A DNA stretch of 64,000 nt from the human T2T-CHM13v2.0 reference genome, Homo sapiens, in assembly GCF_009914755.1 (NCBI RefSeq), contig NC_060937.1; one strand, given 5' to 3'. Both the position numbers and the translations under genes were made by a program. Of this stretch, positions 56,801 through 64,000 are shown one piece after another (position 1 is the stretch's first letter; every line of letters begins with the position of its first letter). Under the pieces are notes generated by a model. The model saw nothing but the letters and a program-made list of their open reading frames with translations, was not told the DNA's origin and searched no databases.

Positions 56801-59604
56801 TGAAGTTTTTGTGTCTCTATCTCCTTCAGTTCCACTCTGATCTTGGTTCTTTCTTGTCTTCTGCTTGCTTTGGGGTTTGTTTCCTCTTGATTCTCTAGTA
56901 CTTTTAGTTGTGTTGTTAGGTTGTTAATTTGAGATCTTTCTAGCTTTTCGATGTGAGCATTTAGTGTTATTAATTTCCCTCTTACCACAGCTTGAGCTGC
57001 ATCCCAGAGATCTGGTACATTGTCTCTTTGTTCTCATTAGTTTCAAAGAACTTCTTTATTTCTGCCTTAATTTCATTATTAACTTAGGAGTCATTCAGGA
57101 ACAGGTTGTTCAATTTCCATGTAGTTGTGTGGTTTTGAGTGAATTTCTTATTCTTGAGTTCTAATTTGATTGTGCTGTGATCTGAGGGACTGTTTGTTAT
57201 TATTTCAGTTCTTTTGCATTTGCTAAGGAGTGTTTTACTTCTGATTATGTAATCAATTTTAGAGGAGATGCCATGTGGCAATGAGAAGAATGTATATTCT
57301 GTTGTTTTGGGGTGGAAAGTTCTGTAGATATCTATCAGGTCTGTTTGATCCAGAGCTGAGTTCAGGTCCTGAATATCTTTGTTAATTTTCTGTCTTGATG
57401 ATCTCTCTAATAATATCAGTGGGGTGTTAAATTCTCCCACTATTATTGTATGTGAGGCTAAGTCTCTTTGTAGGTCTCTAAGAACTTGCCTTATGAATCT
57501 GGGTGCTCCTGTATTGGGTGCATATTATATTTAGGATAGTTTGCTGTTCTTATTGAATTGAACCCTTTACCATTATGTAATGCCCTTCTTTGTCTTTTTT
57601 TGTACCTTTGTTGGTTTAGTCTGTTTTGTCAGAAACTATGATTGCAATGTCTGCTTTTTTCTGTTTTCCATTTGCTTGGTAAATTTTCCTCCATTCCTTT
57701 AATTTGAGCCTACGTGTGTCTTGGCATGGGAGATGGGTCTCTTGACAATAGCATACTGATGGGTCTTGACTCTTTATCCAGCTTGCCATTCTGTGTCTTT
57801 TATTTGGGGCATTTAGCCTATTTACATTTAAGGTTAATATTGTTATGTGTGAATTTGATCCTGTCATCATGATGCTAGCTTGTTATTTTGCAGACTTCTT
57901 TATGTGGTTACTTTATAGTGTCACAGGTCTGTGTATTTCAGTGTGTTTTTGTAGTGGCTGGTAATGGCTTTTCCTTTCCATATTTAGTGCTTCCTTCAGG
58001 AGCTCTTTCAAAGCAGCCCTGGTGGTGGTGGATTCCCTCAGCATTTGCTTGTCTGAAAAGGATCTTATTTCTCCTTCACTTATGAAGTTTTGTTTGGCTG
58101 GATATGAAATTCTGAGTAGGAAATTATTTTACTTAAGAATGTTGAATATTAGTCCCCTTAGTTCCCAATCTCTTCTGGCTTCTAGGGTTTCTGCTGAGAG
58201 GTCTGCTATTAGTCTGATGGGTTTCCCTTTGTAGATGGCTTGGCCTTTCGCTCTGGCTACCCTTAATATTTTTTCTTTCATTTCAATGTTGAAGAATCTG
58301 ATGATATTATAGATCTTCTCATGGGGTATCTTACTGGGGTTCTCTGGGTTTCTTAAATTTGAATGTTGGCCTGTCTTGTGAGGTTGGGGAAGTTCTCCTG
58401 GATGATATCCTTACGTATGTTTTCCAACTTGGTTCCATTCTCCCAGTCTCTTTCAGGCACCTCAATCAGTCATAGGTTCAGTCTTTTTACATAGTCCCAT
58501 ATTTCTCAGAGGCATTGTTCATTCCTTTTTATTCTTTTTTCTCTATTCTTGTCTGCCTATTGTATTTCAGAAAGACAGTCTTCAAGTTCTGAAATTCTTT
58601 CCTCCACTTGGTCTATTCTGCTATTGATACCTGTGATTGCACTGTGAATTTCTCATGTTGTGTTTTTCAGCTCCATCAGGTCAGTTATGTTTCTCCCTAA
58701 ACTGGGTATTCTGGTTATCAGCTCCTGTATTGTTCTATCATGATTCTTAGCTTCTTCACACTGGGTTACAACATTCTCCCGTAGCTCAGCGTAGTTCATT
58801 TTTAGCCACTCTCTGAAGCCTACTTCTGTCAATTCAGGCATCTCAGCCTTTGCCCAGTTCTGTGCCCTTCCCAGAGAGGTGCTGTGGTCATTTAGAGGAG
58901 AAGAGGCACTCTGGCTTTTTGAGTTTTCAGCCTTGTTGCATTGATTCTTTCTCATCTTTGTGGGCTTATCTACTTTCCATTTTTGAGGCTACTGACCTTT
59001 AAATGGGGTTTTTGTGGGGTCTTTTTTGTTGATGTTGATGTTGTTGCTTTCCATTTGTTTGTTTTTCTTTTCATAGTCAGGCCATTCTTTCACAGGGCTG
59101 CTGCAGTTTCTTGGGGGATCGCTCCAGACCCTAGTTGCCTCGGTTTTCCCCTTACCTGGAGGTATCACCAATGAAGGCTGTGAAATAGCAAAGATGGCAG
59201 CCTGCTCCTTCCTCTGGGAGTTCCATCCCAGGGGGCTAGTGACCCGTTGTCAGCCTGGATGCTCCTGTAGGAGGTGTCTGGAGACCCCTCTTGGGAAGTC
59301 TCACCCAGTCTTGGGGGACAGGATCAGAATCCTTCTTGAAGGAGCAGTCTGGCTGCTTTGGGTAGAGCAGGTGTGCTGTTTTGAGGGGAACCCTTCCTCG
59401 TCCAGACTGCCTGGACTCTCCAGAGCCAGCAGGTTGGCAAGGCTGCATTGACTGAACCACAGAGATGTCAGCTGCACCTCCCTGAGGGGCTCCATCCCAG
59501 GGAGAGATCCGAGTTCTTTCCATATAACCTTGGCTGCAGTTGCTGAAATTCCTGCAGGGAGGCCCCACCCAGTGAGGAGGGATGGATCAGGTTCCCTCTT
59601 AAAG
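53857..59604 (-). mobile_element. Near full-length older LINE-1 (L1PA10-13-like), 5' UTR incomplete
   Basis: 3' tail at 53857, ORF2 fragments (MMTGSNSHITILTLNVN at 57870), ORF1 fragments (58653-58955), partial 5' UTR. Confidence 0.93.
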
Positions 59605-60036
59605 ACGTTTTCACTTTGTTGAAACACAAGGGGAAAAAATAAGCTATAAAGTGTTATGTTTATCAAAGTATAAAATAATGATATCCTTATATCTTTTTCT
59701 CTTTTGACAGACATTAACTTCTCAAAGGAAGTGATCAAGATCAATTGGAGAGTGTGCTGCTAATGAGTAAAACATGAAGGACTGGAGGAGGATGAAAAGT
59801 CATTCTCTTATCTAGCAAGGAATGACAGGAACTCATCTTAATTAGCATGAAAGGAAAACCACCATGGAAGGGAAGACTTTTAGGGAAGGTGTTGGGGTTC
59901 CTACCTTGTTAAGGTAGGAAGTGTAGATAGTCCTAAACTTCAAGAAAGTTAATGCAATGAGACCCTTCATAGTGCAAGAGGTGAAAGGGTAAAAGTTGCC
60001 CAATCCCTAATAATATAAATTTGCAAAGAGACCTAA

Positions 60037-60381
<345 letters not shown>

Positions 60382-60839
60382 TAGGCATTGTTTTGCAAGG
60401 AGCAGACTCCAGTGTCAGTTTGTTAACAGTGCTCTTGGGGCTTCTGGTGCCTTGGAAAATGACTTCAATGGGCCAGAAAGAATTGGGTGTCAAAAGCTGT
60501 ATCCCTAAGAACTCAAGTGTGTGATACCCTTTACTAAACATGACAAAGAAACAGTGGGTTATACACCACTGAAGACTAACCTTTAAAGATTCTCAGTGGC
60601 TTACACAGACCTGAGCCAGAAGCAGGCTGGCAGCATCTGTCAAAATGACTGACTGTTCACAGTGACACCGTGTGGCTGCAAGAAGTAATGACAATATCTG
60701 ACCCATCTCCATGTTTCCCTCACTAATCGCAACCCTTACATACATGTAAGTCCCTAGAGTTCATAAAATATCAGGAAGCACACTAAAAGGAAGATGCTGT
60801 GAACTTCCTCCAAATCTGGCATTAGCGAGTTCCGCTTAC

Positions 60840-60864
60840 CTTGTGGTTTTTTCTGTTGTTGTTA
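60840..60864 (-). other. Candidate 25-nt microexon of an unidentified minus-strand transcript
   Basis: cttctttgtttttcattttaacAG|TAACAACAACAGAAAAAACCACAAG|GTaagc: pyrimidine tract and consensus donor. No transcript evidence. Confidence 0.35.
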
Positions 60865-61469
60865 CTGTTAAAATGAAAAACAAAGAAGTTACAGCCATAA
60901 TTGTCCTGTAGTACTGTATATATAGCAATTCAAACTGGAAAAAAAATTTGCAACTCATATCACAGAAAGAGGAGCCTTTTTAAAGATCCCTGGAATCCTT
61001 TTTATAGAGGAATTATATTGGAAACTCTGGAACTAGATACACCAGAAACTATCAGTCTGAATCCAAGGGGGCTCCAGGCCCCCAACCTCCACAGCTGTGT
61101 GGCTGCCTGTGTGGCTGCAGAGGATGATGTATGGCCCAAGAGCACTGCAGAACACTGGGTCAAACCCAGTTTCTGGATGACATAAAACTGGGGAAGAATT
61201 TAAATCAGAGGATGATATCACCACATATCTGTGTGCTGCAGAGGATGTTTTTTAAGGGTATGAAGAGGACTAGGTAAGAGTGGGAACAAGATGGCAAGAG
61301 TTTCACCAAAGGACAGACAACCTTTTGACAGGTATCAGGTCATAAATAATGTTAGACATCTATACAAGCAAAACATGCCGAACTGAATTTATTCATAAAT
61401 ATAAAGTCTATTCATAAATTATTATAACAGGCAAGAAAATCAATCACATAATACTAATAAGAAATCTCT

Positions 61470-62000
61470 GACTACCTTGGAAATATGACTATCATCACAA
61501 TATTCTTAAACACTTTTCTGTTGAAAAATTGTTTTATACTAGATTTTTTTTCCTCAAATCCAGCTTGTAAAAATTATTTTCATCAAAATGCACTCAAATT
61601 CCACTGAAAACTAGGGGATTTAAATGTGTTGTGATGAAATCATGTTTCCAAGCTAATTTTTAGGGAGAATCTAATAAAAGAATTCTTAACAGAAAAGTAC
61701 AGAGTGCCTGCTGGGATAAAAATGAAGTGAAGTTTCAAGCAACTTTTGAGTAAAAATCTGGTAGAAAACACTATTTTTAACAGAAAATGTGAAAATTAAG
61801 CATGTTGTAATGCATGTCATGTTTTCAAGCTAGTTTTGAGAAAAAAAATCAGTAAAAAAACAACATTTGAAATAGAAACATTTGGGATTTAATCCTGTTG
61901 TGTTTTCCAAGCTAGTTTTGAAGGACATTTTAGTATAAAAGACATTAATAACAACAACAACAACAACAAAGAACAGTTCAGGAATTAAGCAATACTATTG
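61470..62000. repeat. Degenerate ~88-bp repeat array arranged as an inverted/direct palindrome
   Basis: caagc motif at 61649, 61736, 61826, 61908; reverse motif cttg at 61476 and 61564; symmetry centre ~61606. Confidence 0.7.
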
Positions 62001-63035
62001 AAACAATGGACACAGACTAACCCTCCGGAGGTACCCTCAAGTTGACATGAGATTGTCCTAAATATGTCAGAAGTGGTCAGGCCTTTGTGTCATCTGCTTC
62101 TCAGCTTTCCCCAGTGACCAGGTATAGAGTGTAGGCTGTCCCCAGGTTTGGGCCAGAAACTTGGGTGAAGCAGTTGCCTTTACCTCAGGGCGATTCCCTA
62201 GAAGTGACTGAGCTGTGAGCTGTCAGCAGCCTGGGAAGTGAATGCCGGAGTCCTCTTTGGGGGATCTGGGTAGTGCTTGCAACACTGTGGGCAAAGAGCA
62301 TCTGCAGGACATTCAGGGAATTTAGGAAGAGGTATGAGACGACACCACAGAGAACTCCAGGTACATCAGAGCTTAACAGTCTCACTAGCTCCAGAACAGA
62401 TGTCTGAATGAAGATTCAAGTTCTCAAACAGGCAGCAAGAAACTGTTTTAAAATATTTAAACAAGAAAAAGGGAGGGAAGCTAAACAAGGTAACCTTTTT
62501 CACCATGTGGAAACTGACATATTCCAACACCACATGCTGTTGAAATACAAGAGACTACTTAGAATAACAAAAGCAAGTTCTATCACAACTTCAGATGAGA
62601 AAGTCTGGGATTGCCTTGATGCAGCTGTGTTGTAGTATGTACAGGATGTGGAAGAGAGTTTTTCCTAATTCCCAAAATTTGAAGCCAGCTACCCCAAGCT
62701 GAGACCAAGAAAACAACACATAACACACAACTAGAGATGGACACCCACCACGGAAGACTCTCAAAGTTCACTGCCCATCCCTCTCTTAGTCTATAAATGC
62801 AAACCTGAGAATCAAAGAAATCACTGGAGGATACAAGTCAATGGAAATGCAGTATTCATTATGAGTTTTCCCCACCCTTCCCTGGGATCCCTATCTCAAG
62901 TCAAGCAAGCAACTGGCCAAGAGAATCATTCTACTTGGCCACCAGAAGTGATACTAGCATTTTATTCTCTCACTGGGCAGTGGCCTTGCTGATCTCTCTG
63001 TGTGTCTATTTGAGAAAAATGCAAGAGCATGGGGA

Positions 63036-63200
63036 CAGGGTTGCCAGATAAATTATACGATGTATGGAACTTACTTATACTAAAAAATATGCATTGTTTA
63101 TCTGAAATTCAAGTTTAACTGGACATCAATCACTTCTTGGCCCTTTGGCTAAGATCTAGTGCAAATTCAGCTGGGTGTCCTGTGTTTTATTTGCTCAACC
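63036..63200. mobile_element. MER53 (hAT) interrupted by a U2 retrocopy
   Basis: agggttgccagat...acttatactaaaaaat...ttgtttatctgaaattcaa...gtcctgtgttttatttgct. Confidence 0.8.
63129..63161 (+). pseudogene. RNU2: 3'-truncated U2 snRNA retrocopy (first ~33 nt)
   Basis: atcacttcttggccctttggctaagatctagtg versus U2 ATCGCTTCTCGGCCTTTTGGCTAAGATCAAGTG; degenerate 18-bp TSD 63110-63127 / 63162-63179. Confidence 0.85.
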
Positions 63201-63755
63201 CAGCCATTGGAATTGGGAGGAACAGCAAAGCAGAAAGAGCTGGAGGCAGATGAACAGCGGAAAATGGACAAAATTGAAGGTAGCTGGACTTGAGCCAGCT
63301 TGCAGATGCCCACGCAAGATCCTGCTGGCAGGTGGATCCCAACAATGAGAACCTGTAGAGTGGATTGTCTGGGATGGAGACTCTATAGAGGAATCAGAAA
63401 AGATCAGGAACCTGCGGGGAAGCTCCAAAGCGTTCTACAAAGAACCCACTCACACATATGTCCTGAAAGAGGGGAATGCTTGTCCAAGAGACATTTACTC
63501 AAAGCCAGAGAAGCAAAGTAACAGCAGAAAAATGATGAAGATGTCAGACAAGAAACACTGTGTCTTTCCATATCCCTCCACAGCTCCTACCAAAGGAGAC
63601 AGAAACCCAAAAGAGCAGAGGTGGAGGAAGAAATGAAAGGGCAGGTTCTGCAAGTCTCCTGACCACAGACAGAAAGGGGAAAGGAGGATGATAGAAAATA
63701 ATCATTAAATTGGATGTCCAGTTGAAATTTTAAGCTGGGTCAGTACATTCATTAT

Positions 63756-64000
63756 TGATATAGGTTGGATGTTTGTCCCTTCCAAATCTCATGTTGAAAT
63801 GTGATTCCCAGTGTTGGAGGTAGGGCCTGGTGGGAGGTGACTGGATCATAGGGGTGGATCCCTCATGAATAGTTTAGCTCCATCCCCTTGGGGATAAGTA
63901 AGTTCTTGCTGTTAGTTCTAGAAAGATCTAGTTGTCTAAAAGTCTGGGACCTCTCCTTTCTCTCCCTCTTGTTCCCTCTGTCACTATATGACATACTGGT
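63756..64000 (+). mobile_element. MSTB-like MaLR LTR (cut by window end)
   Basis: tgatataggttggatgtttgtccc...aaatctcatgttgaaatgtgattcccagtgttggagg...ggatccctcatgaat. Confidence 0.85.

Noticed and set aside
61470-62000. CRISPR-like interpretation of the periodic motif
   Set aside because: Primate DNA; the inter-motif sequences are homologous to each other rather than unique spacers, and there are no cas genes.
62184-62284. Possible 101-nt minus-strand exon (cacag|...gag|gtaaag)
   Set aside because: Stops in all three frames and weaker splice signals; only plausible as a non-coding exon and unsupported.

Overview
Primate (probably human) repeat-rich genomic DNA; I recognise no intact protein-coding gene. 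About 40% is LINE-1: a near-full-length L1PA3/4-like copy (+, 1-5382), a 5'-truncated L1PA2/3-like copy (-, 16483-20360), a full-length L1PA5-7-like copy with a tandem duplicated 3' end (+, 21844-28682), a truncated L1PA8-like copy (+) and an older near-full-length L1PA (-). All have disrupted ORFs. There are also Alus, MIR/L2, MLT/MST/ERVL LTRs, DNA-transposon fossils (MADE1, MER82, MER58A, MER5A, Tigger1, MER53), processed pseudogenes of NAP1L1 and RPL27A, and a truncated U2 retrocopy. The least explained structures are: (1) a gap-free 369-bp inverted repeat (about 95% identity by hand count) of apparently non-TE sequence around a 930-bp spacer, itself nested between inverted L1s; (2) non-consensus variants shared as a mosaic between three neighbouring L1s, suggesting ectopic gene conversion; (3) a degenerate ~88-bp repeat array arranged as a palindrome near 61.5-62.0 kb; (4) several templated or fold-back junction insertions; (5) a candidate minus-strand microexon. 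Repeat subfamily names come from recalled consensus sequences, not a database search. I see no convincing novel protein-coding system.
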